The notes: generated from the sequence alone by a model not told the origin. Shown: positions 1-13,364, numbered from the stretch's first letter. The stretch is DNA of 60,177 nucleotides from Collodictyon triciliatum (GCA_043381765.1 JBHJMP010000835.1:1-60177), one strand, 5' to 3'. Numbers and translations: made by a program.

Positions 1-46
1 GAAGCTTCTTTGTCATAAGAACCAGCTCCCTGCAAAGTTTACGGTC

Positions 47-824
47 ATGGGCAAAAAGTGTCCAAAGCGCATCCTCAAAGAGCGTCCGCCAGCCGCGAAT
101 AACGAACGACAAGTAAAAGCCCCGCAAAAGAATACACTCGCCAAGCAAACAAGCAGCAACGGGGTCAAGGAAGCCAAGGCCAGGCAACAACAGATTCCAC
201 ATGACTCACAGCAGATACGCGCATACAGCGACAGCGACAATGACAATCAAGGAAATCTCGGTTCCTCTTCAGAATCTTTGCACTCGAGCCCTCCACCGCC
301 AACACCGGACAAGCCCGTACATCGCAAGACCCAAGAGCAGCGCATCTCCAAACCCCGAAAAAAATCCCCCCTTAAACTACCCATTCAGACTGACGTGAAT
401 ATGGTTAACATAGGAGGCAACAAGGCAGTCTTCGTTACTTATCCGAAAGGATACTCCAAAGAGAAGCCAACACAAGAACCAGCGCCCACCAAAGAATGTC
501 CGTTTACCCTGTCCCAGCCCGTCACACCAAGAACCAAGGAGCAAGAGAACAGCACAAGTCGAATCCAAGCTTGGAACTCCACACACCAAAGGCATTCCGA
601 GCAAGCAGGAGCGTATGTTTCTAAAACTACAATCGCATATCCATACTCCGGTTAAGCCAAGTCCACTGCCGGCTACGCATGGTTCAGAAACTAGGGGACG
701 GTCAAGCGCCACTTCCGATAATTCCAGACAAACAACGATGTGTCGCTTTTTGTCAGAGTCGCCCAGCAAGAAACGCAAGGAAAGTGACCCATTGTCCCCT
801 CAAAAGAATCATCCTGTGGAATGA
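47..824 (+). CDS. Hypothetical low-complexity (P/S/K/Q-rich) protein or decayed coding fragment; possibly 5'-incomplete
   Basis: ORF 47..655 and ORF 615..824 can be joined in frame by a GT-AG intron 613..661 (GTATGT...CCAAG). The C-terminus has QTTMCRFL...KKRK (PIP-box/NLS-like). No recognisable domain. Confidence 0.3.
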
Positions 825-1313
825 AATAGGATGTAAACCTTGTCTGATATAGACGGTTGAAAGGACTCGTCGGAATCGATTTGAGAAGTAACTGCCATGT
901 GCGTACTTTCATCGACCCGACAACTTTATGCGCTCTTTTACAAGTGTCTCGAATACAACCAGAAATCGCGTTGGAGCTGATTCACCTCGGGTAGAATAGT
1001 CTGCGTATGAGAACACTTTCTCTCCTTTCTGTATTTTTTTCTTCTTCCTTTTCTTTTCTTTCCACTCAAAACACAATCTCCAACCACACAATCCGGGGTT
1101 TTCCACTGTCTCGTCCACAGCTCATTTCTTGTCCTAGAGGCGAAGGCGGTTTCCTCGGCTTTGTTTTCTCTCAATAAACTGTTGATTGTAAAAAAATATA
1201 ACAATTTATATATGGCATCATATAGAAAATGGTATGTGAGTTATTTTTTATTGCATGGGAGTGAGTGAGAGGGAGAGATAGAGGGAGAGGGAGAGAAAAT
1301 TTTAGTGTAAATT

Positions 1314-4300
1314 TCAAAGAGATGCTGTAGAATCATTTAAATCCTTCATTTCCTGTTCTTCTCTGGTAATAATCCATTTGTTTTTCATGTAATTGATGGC
1401 ATATGATTCTATCATAATTCGGTATATTGGTTGTGTGAATCTCTTCATTTTAACCAGGAAAGACATGATCAAAGCGGGTCCAGCTTTCATTAAAGAGACA
1501 GCTGCAATCATTCCATTCAACAAAACAACCAGTGCCACAAGAAAATATTCTGAAAATATACTAAGGTCTGTATATCTGAAGAGAAGGCTTGTCATCAAGG
1601 TGAAGTAAAGGACCGAAATTGAATAAAGTTGAGATTTTCTGAGAGCATAAGATATGAAAGGTTTGAAATAAAGCGATGATGCAATTACAATTAAAAGCAG
1701 CCATAATCCAAAGTAAATTTGCAAGGCTGAAGAAAAGAAAATACTGATTATAACGACAAGCAACTTTTGCATCATAGTCACGATTTCCCAGTAAAAGCAT
1801 TCTTCAGTGTATCCATCAACCAAAAATCTAAGTAAGTTGTATGTATTTGACGTTGGATTAATCAATGATGACCTTTTGTAAAACATGTATGCAGCGAGAA
1901 TAAACGGGCCACCAAAGCAGTAAATAATCACATAAACAAGAGCAATATTTTTCCAAGCCATATAATTTGCATCATCACACATTATCGACATGTCAGCCTT
2001 CAAGTAACTTAAGTCACCAAACCTCTCGCAACGGAGGATATTCGATATTGACGACATAATAGTGGGATGAACTAAAAATAGCATAACCAGCACGGAAAAT
2101 ATAAACTCTTGGTTGATTTTGAAGAAAGTAACATCTCTGCCATTCATTTGATTGGTTTTTAATCTCCAAACTGTTTTGGTTGTCACTATAAAAAGAACTA
2201 CTCCTATCAACATCAGAGGGGTCATCATTGAATACAGAACCTTATCATAAATTGTCATTTCGAATCTGCATTCCATCGGGTATGAATCTATTGATAACGA
2301 AAATGAAAAGAGGGCTGGTATTTTCATTATTGAAATAATAGTGGAACTCCATTCTACATCAAAGTTTGCCAAGTATGACAAAATTTGGAAATGAGATGCA
2401 AGTGTTTTTAGAATCTGTATTTTAGCTGTCTTTGGCTGTCTTGATTGCTCTATCATGAACAAAACAAACAACAGAGGTACTGCAATACTGAGAAAAATTA
2501 AAAATCCACTCGTTCTTTGGTTGGGGCATTTTGTACAATAAACACCAGTCTTGCCAAAACCCTTTTTACAAACACTGCAAAGGGCCCCGGTATATCCTTC
2601 AGCACATGTGTTATTGCCTCCGTTGCATGCATCATCATTAAGACATTTATAAGCAATATAATCTCCGTTGGATGTTGGTGCTTGCCAGTATCCTGGTGCG
2701 ACACTCGGCTGGCTACTTCCATCACAAATGAAACCTGTTGGACAATCTTTGCATAGCTTGGCCTTTGCCTCGAGATATGTAGATGGAATACATTTGCAAT
2801 CTAAAACAGTAACTGAGCCGGTCATATTTGTGAACGAGTTTATTGGGCATTCTTTGCAAAAGTTTTGTCCAAAGTTTTCATTGTAAGTGCTTGGAGGGCA
2901 TTCATAGCAGTTTTTTTGCTTTTCATACCACCCAGGTTTACATTCGCAAGTAGAATTCCTGAGTTCAAACCCATTACTGCAGACACAATCGATTGAATTC
3001 ATGGAGCCATTATTTTTTGTGGTAAATTTATCACCACACGAGAAACAAAAGTTTGTGTCGTTTGTTGATTTGTATGAGCCAAGTCTGCACGGAGCACATT
3101 TGTTACCATCCTCGAATTGTCCTGGGGGACATGTGCAAGCGCCATTGAATGATATGTACGAATATAAGCACGTGCAATATTTGATTGACTCAGAGCCTTT
3201 TGCGGTTGTAGTTGACCGAGTAGGGCATAAGTTGCAGTAGGTGCTTCTCTCTGAACTGTAGCTTCCATTTGGACATGAAACACATGATGATTTATTGTAT
3301 GAGCCAGTTTTATTATTGAATGTCCCAGCTGGACACGATGTGCATGATGCTTGACCATCCTTATCATTCCAAGTACCTTGTGGACATTCAATACATGATG
3401 AGTTTCCATATGAGCCGGAGTATGAGTTGAATGTGCCTATTGGACAAGCATAGCATGAGTTCGAGTCTTTTGTGACACCTTCTTTTTGGTATAATCCTGA
3501 TAAGCACAGACTGCATGATGCGCTTCTCTCTGAGCTGTAGCTTCCATTTGGACATGAAATGCATGAGGGTAGATTATATGAGCCAGTTTTATTATTATAT
3601 GTTCCAGCTGGACATGATGTACATGATGCTTGGCCATCTTTATCATTCCAAGTACCTTGTGGACACTCGATACACGATTTGTTTGCATATGAACCGGAGT
3701 TTGGGTTGAATGTGCCTTTTAGACAAGAGTAGCATGAGCTTGAGTCTTTTATGATTTCTTCTTTTTGGTAGAATCCCGATAAGCATGAGCTGCATGAAGA
3801 GCTTCCGGCTGAGCTGTAGCTTCCATTTGGACATGAAATGCATGAAAATTGATCGAATGAGCCAGTTTTGTTGTTGAATGTACCAGCTGGACACGATGTG
3901 CATGATGCTTGACCATCTCTATCATTCCAAGTACCTTGTGGACATTCAATACATGATATCTTTCCATATGAGCCGGAGTTTGTGTTGAATGTGCCTTTTA
4001 GACAAGAGTAGCATGAGCTTGAGTCTTTTATAATTCCTTCATTTTGATAATATCCTGATGAGCATAGGCTACATGATGAGCTTCTTTCTGAGCTGTAGCT
4101 TCCATTGTGACATGGAATGCATGATGATTGATTAAACGAGCCAGTTTTGTTGTTGAATGTACCAGCTGGACATGACGTGCATGATGCTTGACCATCCTTG
4201 TCATTCCAAGTACCTTGTGGACATTCAATGCATGATTTGTATCCATATGAGCCGGAGTTTGGGTTGAATGTGCCTTTTAGACATGCATAGCATGATTTTG

Positions 4301-7300
4301 AGTCTTTTATTATTCCTTCTTTTTGATAGAATCCTGATAAACACAAGCTGCATGATGCACTTCCAACTGAGCTGTAACTTCCATTTGGACATGAAATGCA
4401 TGATGATTGATTGAATGAGCCAGTTTTGTTGTTGAATGTACCAGCTGGACATGATGTGCACGATGCTAGACCCTCTCTATCATTCCAAGTACCTTGTGGA
4501 CACTCAATACACGATTTGTTTCCATATGAGCCAAAGTTTGAGTTGAATGTGCCTTTTAGACAAGCATAGCATGATTGTGAGTCTTTTTTGATTCCCTCTT
4601 TTTGATAGAATCCTGATAAGCATAGACTGCATGAAGCGCTTCTTTCTGAGCTGTAGCTTCCATTTGGACATGAAATGCATGAGGGTAGATTATATGAGCC
4701 AGTTTTATTATTATATGTTCCAGCTGGACATGATGTACATGATGCTTGGCCATCTTTATCATTCCAAGTACCTTGTGGACACTCGATACACGATTTGTAT
4801 CCATATGAGCCGGCGTTTGAGTTGAATGTGCCTTTTGGACAAGAATAGCATGATTCCGAGTCTTTTGTGATTCCTTCTTTCTGATAGAATCCTGATAAAC
4901 ATAAGCTGCATGATGCGCTTCTTTCTGAGCTGTAGCTTCCGTTCACACATGATATGCACGACGATTCATCGAATGAGCCAGTTTTGTTGTTGTATGTACC
5001 AGCTGGACACGATGTACACGATGCTTGACCATCTCTATCATTCCAAGTACCTTGTGGACATTCAATGCATGATAAATTGCCATATGAGCCGGAATTTGAG
5101 TTAAATGTGCCTTTTGGACAAGCATAACATGATTTTGAATCTTTTGTGATTTCTTCTTTTTGATAGAATCCTGATGAACACATGCTGCATGATGCGCTTC
5201 CAACTGAGCTGTAGCTTCCATTTGTACATGATATGCATGAAGATTGATCGAATGAGCCAGTTTTGATGTTGAATGTGCCAGCTGGACACGATGTGCATGA
5301 TGCCTGACCATTTCTATCATTCCAAGTGCCTTGTGGACATTGTATGCACGATTTGTTCCCATATGAGCCGGAGTTTGAGTTGAATGTGCCTTTTGGACAA
5401 GCATTACATGATTCAGAGTCTTTTGTCGCACTTTCTTTTTGATAGAATCCTGATAAGCATAAGCTGCATGAAGCACTTCTTTCTGAGCTGTAGCTTCCAT
5501 TTGGACATGAAATGCATGATGAATCATTATATGAAGCAATTTTGTCGTTGAATGTACCAGCTCGGCATGATGTGCAGGATGCTTGACCATCTCTATCATT
5601 CCAAGTACCTTGTGGACATTCAATACACGATACATTTGCATATGAGCCGGAGTTTGAGTTGAATGTGCCTTTTGGACAAGCATAGCATGATTGTGAGTCT
5701 TTTGTGATTCCTTCTTTCTGATAGAATCCTGATAAACATAGACTGCATGAAGCGCTTCCAACTGAGCTGTAGCTTCCATTTGGACATGAAATGCATGATG
5801 AATCATTATATGAAGCAATTTTGTTGTTGAATGTGCCAGCTGTACAAGATGTGCATGATGCTTGACCATCTCTATCGTTCCAAGTGCCTTGTGGACATTC
5901 AATGCATGATTTGTATCCATATGAGCCGGAGTTTGAGTTGAATGTGCCTTTTGGACAAGAATAGCATGATTTGGAGTCTTTTGTGATTCCTTCTTTCTGA
6001 TAGTATCCTGATAGGCACAAGCTGCACGATGAGCTTCTTTCTGAGCTGTAACTTCCATTTGGACATGATATGCATGATGAATCATTATATGAAGCAGTTT
6101 TATCGTTGAATGTACCAGCTGGACATGATGTGCATGATGCTTGACCGTTTCTATCGTTCCAAGTGCCTTGTGGACATTCAATACACGATGAGATTCCATA
6201 TGAGCCAGAGTTTGAGTTGAATGTGCCTTTTGGACAAGCATAGCATGATTTGGAGTCTTTTTTGATTCCTTCTTTTTGATAGAATCCTGATGAACACAAG
6301 CTGCATGAAGAGCTTCTTTCTGAGCTGTAGCTTCCATTTGGACATGAAATGCACGATGATTGGTTGAATGAGCCAGTTTTATCGTTGAATGTACCAGCTG
6401 GACATGATAAACACTCATTTCTTCGCTTATTTCCATAAGTTCCTTTCGGACATTGAACACATGAAGAATTCGAACCGGAGCCAAACCATGGATTGTAAGT
6501 TCCTTCAGTACAATTTAGACATTCAGTCTGCCCTGGAAATGGATTGTAAGAACCAGATGGACAAATTTCACATGTTGATTCTCCTGATTTTGATGAATAT
6601 CTTCCTATTGGGCAAAGCTGACAACTGCTGTCATTTAGAGCTGCAACATTTGGATTATAAGAACCAGCTGGGCATTTTTTACAGAAGGTCCCTTTAGTCG
6701 AGTTTGAATACGTACCTGGGTTGCAAGGTGTGCAAAATGCTTTTCCTGAATCTTCATTGTAGAATCCTAATGGGCATTCAAAACATGATGATTGTCCTCG
6801 TATATTAGTGTATGTTCCTGGTTCACAATTAAGGCATGATACTTGACCAGTTTTGTTGTTATACTTTCCTTCCTCGCAAAAAATGCAGGAAGCAGAGCTT
6901 GTAGAACCAGTTGCATTATTGTAAGTACCGATGGGACAAGATAGACAATTGTATTGACCTGTTTTAGGGTTGTAAGTACCTACTGCACATGTTGTACAAG
7001 CAACAACACTTGTGGAGCCGGTCGATGGATTATATGTACCAGCTGCACATGAAAGACAAGAATCCTGGCCATAAAGTGGGTTGTATTTTCCAGCTGCACA
7101 TAAAATACAGGCACCAATACCTGTAGAGCCCGTCGATGGGTTATATGTGCCAGCTGCACAAGGAATACAAGCTCCAATACTTGAAGAACCTGTCGATGGA
7201 TTGTATGTGCCAGCTGCACAGGAAGTACATGCATTTTGACCTGTTAATGAATTGTATGTACCAGCTGGGCATAAGGAACAAAGTGAAGTTCCTCCAATAC

Positions 7301-8276
7301 TATAGCTTCCGGTTGGGCATACCTGACATGATTTTGAAGCTGAATCATAAAAGAAACCTGCAACACAAAATTTCCAAATTCCTATTTTCGTATCATAACT
7401 TCCAGAAACGATTTTTGAACCATCATTAGTGACAGCAACACTCCTAATCCAATCAGTATGACCAGTCCATTGACGAATCAAAGCTCCATCTGAAAGATTC
7501 CAAATTTTGATCTCTTTCCAACTCCCAGAAATAATTTTTGAACCATCAGGAGATATAGCAACGCTATTAACGTCATCAGTATGACCAGTCCATTGGCGAA
7601 TCAAAGCTCCATCTGAAAGATTCCATATTCTGATTGTTTTATCAGAACTTCCAGAAATAATTTTTGAACCATCAGGAGATATAGCAACGCTATTAACGCC
7701 ATTAGTGTGACCAGTCAGTGTGCGAATAAAATCTCCATTTGGAAGACTCCATATTCTGATTGTTCTATCAGAACTTCCAGAAATAATTTTTGAACCATCG
7801 GGGGTAATAGCAACACTTGTAACCTGGCTAGTGTGACCTGTCAATGTGCGATTCAAAGCTCCTTCTGAAAGATTCCATATTCTGATTGTTCTATCCCGAC
7901 CTCCAGAAACAATTTTTAAGTCATCGCTAGTAACAGCAACACCTAACACTTGGTCAATGTGACCAGTCAATGTGCGGATCAAACCTCCATCAGATAGATT
8001 ACAAATTTTAATTGTTCTATCAGCACTTGCAGAGACAATTTTTGAATCGTCACGAGTGATGGCAATACTCATTACATAATTTGAATGTTCAGCCAATGTA
8101 CGAATCAAGTAGTCATTTTGCCCTTCAACTTGAGACATTCGGAAGTAGAGTACTAATCCTAAATATATGTGATACTTATTATAATTGTAAATTTTTTATC
8201 AAATGATAAATATATTATATTTAATTGACGCACCTAACAGAAAAACATATGCAGTAGACTTTGAATTCAATCCCAT
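1314..8276 (-). CDS. Large surface receptor-like protein: signal peptide, 6 WD40 repeats, long Cys-rich CxxGxY/F (GCC2/GCC3, ephrin-receptor-like) repeat stalk, C-terminal ~7-8 TM module
   Basis: Exon 1 8276..8234 (MGLNSKSTAYVFLL-G), GT-AG intron 8233..8159, exon 2 8158..1314 in frame with the 2274-aa ORF; the joined N-terminus MGLNSKSTAYVFLLGLVLYFRMSQVEG is signal-peptide-like. Contains GH..VxSVA.SPDGSKIISGS.D.TIRIW repeats, dozens of CxxCPxGxY motifs, and hydrophobic helices with KILxxHFQ-like, YLKADMSIMC and FYWEIV motifs; ends in TGA. Confidence 0.9.
3240..6405 (-). repeat. Intragenic tandem array of 279-bp (93-aa) units, 11 complete plus 1 partial
   Basis: The unit CPAGTFNxKTGS...CPNGSYSS...CLSGFYQKEG...CPKGTFN...CPQGTWNDRDGQASCTS recurs with a 279-nt period and high DNA identity. 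Confidence 0.92.
7372..8110 (-). repeat. Six ~126-bp (42-aa) WD40 repeats with high internal similarity
   Basis: Near-identical DNA blocks recur, e.g. ccagaaataatttttgaaccatcaggagatatagcaacgctattaacg at ~7525 and ~7651. Confidence 0.9.
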
Positions 8277-9963
8277 TCTAAAAAAAGTGCAACATATGTT
8301 AAAATGGTGGTAGTATTTTATTTGAATGGCACATTTCATTATTCTTTTCGTTTTTAGTTAACTTAATTTTATTTAGATGCATATCACGTTTAGTTTTCAT
8401 GTATTCATAGATACATTAGTATAAATAGTAAATAAGTAGAATGAAGCTGTAAAAAAAACATTTATTAACACCTTAAATCAACATAATATGTTTCTCATTT
8501 GGAAATTTAGCGTTTATATTTTGGTTTGTAAAAGGTAATCTTTGAAATTTATTATAATTCACGTAGAAATAAAACAGTATGTTTATATGTCAAAAATTCA
8601 TCTTCACATCTCAATAGTAATGTTTTCTTGGGAAAAAATTGAGCTGTTTGGTTATTTAATTCATTTGTATAGTGCGATTTTGGATTAACTACTTATATGT
8701 AAACTTTGATTAATTAAGGTTTATGTAGATGCATTATAAAATATATTTCGATAAATAATTATATTTGCAAAATATTATCAATATTTTTGACTACGTAGAT
8801 AAATTTTTGGGAAATTCATGAATTGTGCTATAATATGCTATGATTAACATGTATTGATTTGGAATGGCGTGATTCAAAATCAGAAGAAAAGTAATATCAG
8901 AAGCTTCAGTTGGCACGAATATACTTTGCATAGTATAAGTTGTCACATAATTAAATAACAATTTTCTTGATAACTGAAATTTCTTAGGGAGCTTAATTTC
9001 AAAATTTAATTACACATTTAAATGTAATTTAAAATGAATCTCTTAAAAATCTTTCAATTATCTCTTTAACAGTCTATCCTTTTGCATCATTTTGGGAAGT
9101 TTTGGCTCATATGACCATGGGCATGAAACAGATTCCGAACCAAAGAAATTGAGTTTTGTTCTAGATAGAAATATTTTATCTGATGTAAGGCAAAAAAATA
9201 TGATAATGATATGTTGCACTTCATATTCTGATCTGATTATATTAAATTTAATAATGGAATACATTAATTGATGAAATATAGAATAAGATTGATTATGTAT
9301 TATTAAAATCAGCAGAAACATAATTCAAGCAATAAATTACGTCCTATTATTGGGATGGAAATGAATTCACAACTGCTTAAAGAATCATAATATATAATGA
9401 GGGTATTTTATATTATCTTCAATATTTGAATGGTTTTGATATGGTTTAAGCACAAAGTGTTGTTCATAAATTGATTCATAATGGTCAAATAATGTCATCA
9501 TGATTGTGTTTCAAAAAAAGAGAAGATGGCGGGTTTATCATATGGTTATTCGCCTCCGAGAAAAACTTTGCCTATGATCCAATCAAGTTCAGAGCCCTTG
9601 GTGATTGCAGCTCTTTAGAGTTGCAACTATTATCGACCCTCTTGGATGTATAGAGACGAACCACGAGATTATATTCTACTTCAAGCTGACCTGCACTAGA
9701 ATTCTACAAGAGTACTGCTTTCAACCAAGGCGCAGCAACTACGTTGAAGCGGTAAGCATACAAACCTCCTTCTCTTGAGTCGATAAAGGAAAAAATTATA
9801 AACGAAACTGTTCGAATTGATAAGTATAATTTTATGTTGAAGTGTGTGGAATTTGAAGTATGTTAGATTTTATCGCTGAAAAAGGCTAAATGTTGACTTT
9901 GGAAGACAGAGATCTATAAATAATCGTAGTTATTTTAAAATTAACCCCTGGACTAAAACCTAT

Positions 9964-10019
9964 ACAGTGAAACAGAAACAAAAGACAAAAACAAGAACAA
10001 ATGACAAAAGACAAATGAC

Positions 10020-10060
<41 letters not shown>

Positions 10061-10190
10061 CAAAAGACAAAAGACAAAAACAAGAACAAAAGACAAAAGA
10101 TAAAAGACAAAAGACAAAAGATAAAAGACAAAAGATAAAAGACAAAAGACAAAAGACAAAAGACAAAAGACAAAAGACAAAAGACAAAAA
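9964..10190. repeat. (GACAAAA)n / (TGACAAA)n simple repeat
   Basis: Directly visible heptamer array. Confidence 0.9.
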
Positions 10191-11697
10191 AAAAACACTT
10201 TCATCATGGACCTTTACTTCATATCGTCAGGAAAACGGGTAGCCTCTATCCAAAGTCTATCCCTTTTCAATTAGCACGTTGAAACGGTTTTCTTAGCTAC
10301 ATGTTTTGTCTTCTGTCTTTTTTCTGTCCTCAATGGATCTGAGCTTTATAAATTGATGATTTTGGATATTTCAATTCAAAATGAAGAAATTATGTTAAAA
10401 ATAAAAATTTTAACTGAAAACCAGAGAAAATAACATTTCATTACCTCATGAGTCCACTATAATCGTTTATTGAAACAAGAAAACATAATTTTGAGATAAA
10501 AGGATACAAATATACAACTGACATTGAATTTTCAAATTACAAGTGAGATTATTAGATAGAAACTCATAATTGGTTGTATACAATTTGATTAGGTAAAAAC
10601 ATAAGGATGTTTTAATATTTGCTATCAGATCGTGGTATATGCATAAAAATTCTTATTATTGAAAGAATTTAAAAAAGTGGCACAAAAATGTGGAAGTTTA
10701 CCATTACTGTGCTTTTGAGCCATTAAATATCATAAGAATCATATATCTTAGATTTCATAATACAATATAAGGTCATGAATATATTTTAAGATGATTTAAG
10801 GGAATGGTGCATATAATCAAAATCAGTGAGACTTCTAATGTTGAAATTAATATATATATATATCCTTATTGAAAAGAGGAATTTATCATGCTCTAATCTA
10901 ATATGAAGTATCTAATATTAAGGAAATGGCATCTCCTAAATCACATGTGTAATAAACAAGTAAATATGGAATATATTCTAGATTGCCCATAGATAAAGTA
11001 CTATAAAAAAGATGAGCTTAAAATTTAAGTTGAAAACGAAACAAATTATTTTAATGGTGTTAAATTAGCATCTAAAGGAGTCGAATTTTTGTCTTGTTTT
11101 CTATTGGATCCAACACCATCTGGTGTCGTCTGTGTCTATTTACAACTTAGTTGTAATATTTGGCCGAGATCGAAAATAAATAGGGTAACCATTCTATTTG
11201 GCATTATGAGACTATCTGTATTTGATTATTAGCATAATGAGGAATACTTTACCTCAACCGGATGATTGCACTACAAATTTCTGATTAAGCTGTCGAAATA
11301 GACGACTCTTTTCGAACTAAAGATCAATTACGCTATATTTTCAAAAAAAATGATGGATTGTATTTACTAATTTATGAATGAATACAAGTACGTGTTTCTT
11401 GGGGTTCAACTAAAACCAATTTCCTTATTTTAATATGATACAACCAAGTTTTTTTTATTAAATTATGCACAGTTGTTTATTAGTTCAATATAAAATTTTC
11501 GTGGCTACTAGATACGACCTTGTGAATAAAACAAATGGCACAGGAAATGTAAAAACAAAAACTAAATTACGTGTTAAATGACTGCGCAAATTTAATCATA
11601 ATCCTTCGGCGGTGGTGCGTACTCATGTACGACAAAAAGACTAAGAGCCGAAATTAGAAACAGTTGAACAATTTTGGCTCCATTAAAAAAACAAGGT

Positions 11698-11732
<35 letters not shown>

Positions 11733-12867
11733 TGTGAGGAAATCAAATGGGTTATAAACTAGTTTTACCTGATGATTATCAGATGCGCGACTCTGTCGAG
11801 AGATGCAGTTATAAAAAATGTTTTTTTTTTCTTCTTTCGTTTTGCTCGTGGTCTAATGCCTTTTTTTTCTAGCTCATAATCCACGAGAGTCCCTTTGGTT
11901 TCGGATTTCAGTCAACGTGCATGAAACAAAAAATTAAAAAATATCATATTTAAATTTGGCCCCTGATTGATGGAATACAAACAACAAATCTGTGATTTTT
12001 ACAACAAAAACATAAGGATGGAGAGCAATTAAGCGAGATAGGCACTCAAACTTTATCCAAGAGAAATGAGCAAGATTCACTAGACAATAAGAGAAAGCCG
12101 GTCCCTATTTTCCTAAATCATCTTACTGGCATATATTTTGAACTTTTACTGCTAAAGAGAAAAACATTCGGCAATAAATACGTAGAATAAAAATATATCA
12201 GATTATCAGATGAAATGAGACACTTATTAGCCTGTTTATCGTTTATATTTGAATTTCACAAACAAAAAAAGATAGAGTGAAGCATCGAAAAAGAGTGCAA
12301 CTGCGTCAAAAGAGCCTACCTGAGAGAAGAGACTTAATCTAACAGAGGAAACCCTGGTCTCTGTTGACGGAAGTCTATTGCATTGACTTTGGTTAGGTCA
12401 GCAGAACAAGCAGAAACCCGATAGCCACTCTGTCTCCTGCTGAATATCACGAGCTGTGTGAGACCAAATTATCAGCCACCACTGGCTGTGAGTACTAATG
12501 TAAAAACACACCAGCTCGAGCTTCGATGGTAAGGTTAGAGAGAAAATAAAAAGAACCGGCTTTGTGCAGAGAAAGTTTATATCAACAACGAGCCCCAATA
12601 GGAATGCTTGTGACGAGGACATTCTCAACTCTACCTTATTGTGATCATCGCAAGAAGCACAATTCCCTTAAAAAAAAAAAAAAAAACTAGCTCGTTGTAT
12701 GATAATAGTTAAAAACATTGTTGTTCGAATATGATAATGGGGTTTTGTAAAGTAAGTGACGTTGGTTGTTGGGCACCAGAACTCAAGAGTTTTGGAAAAC
12801 ACAGGAACCGATCAATTACAAGAAAAAAGTTTATTGCACAGGCTCTTTTTTTTTTTTACCTGATTTT

Positions 12868-12872
<5 letters not shown>

Positions 12873-12946
<74 letters not shown>

Positions 12947-13310
12947 AACAGAATCGCCCCTTTGTATGGCATAACCTCACTGCACTTTGAATCGAATAAA
13001 GGGGAATTACACACACAGAGAATGGAATCGTAGATACAAACTGAAATAATTGTCGGGTAGTTATTTTGATTAATACTATTTATCGACTGGATATTATGTT
13101 GTGTTCGCCTAGTCATGCGAATCCATTCTTTTCTTTTCTTTTCTTTTCTTTTCTTTTCTTTTCTTTTCTTTTCTTTTCTTTTCTTTTCTTTTCTTTTCTT
13201 CTTTTTCTTTTTCTTCTTTTTCTTCTTTTTCTTCTTTTTCTTCTTTTTCTTCTTTTTCTTCTTTTTCTTCTTTTTCTTCTTTTTCTTCTTTTTCTTCTTT
13301 TTCTTCTTTT
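12873..13310. repeat. Compound microsatellite cluster: (CT)n(CA)n, then (TTTTC)n and (TTTTTCTTC)n
   Basis: Directly visible at 12873-12945 and 13126-13310. Confidence 0.9.
12957..13006 (+). mobile_element. Short dispersed element, copy A (longest candidate, ~50 bp)
   Basis: Core CTTTGAATCGAATAAAGGGG at 12985-13004, with imperfect flanking direct repeat cacacaaacagaat / cacacacagagaat. Confidence 0.55.
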
Positions 13311-13364
13311 GGCCCTCCTGATCCAACCTCTTGTCCGTGCAGCGACCGTTCTGCGGTTCATAGG

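Noticed and set aside
3240-6405. CRISPR-like array
   Set aside because: Contiguous in-frame coding repeats with no unique spacers, in a eukaryotic context.
4943-6484. 513-aa alternative-frame ORF and many short His-rich ORFs
   Set aside because: Shadow frames of the 279-bp Cys-repeat array.
10498-10507. GTATCCTTTT (U12 donor) on the minus strand
   Set aside because: No supportable upstream exon or matching branch site in this AT-rich intergenic DNA.
9520-12640. Possible exons in the intergenic stretch (9525-9750, 12398-12660)
   Set aside because: Short frames with stops, no recognisable motif and no consistent splice model.
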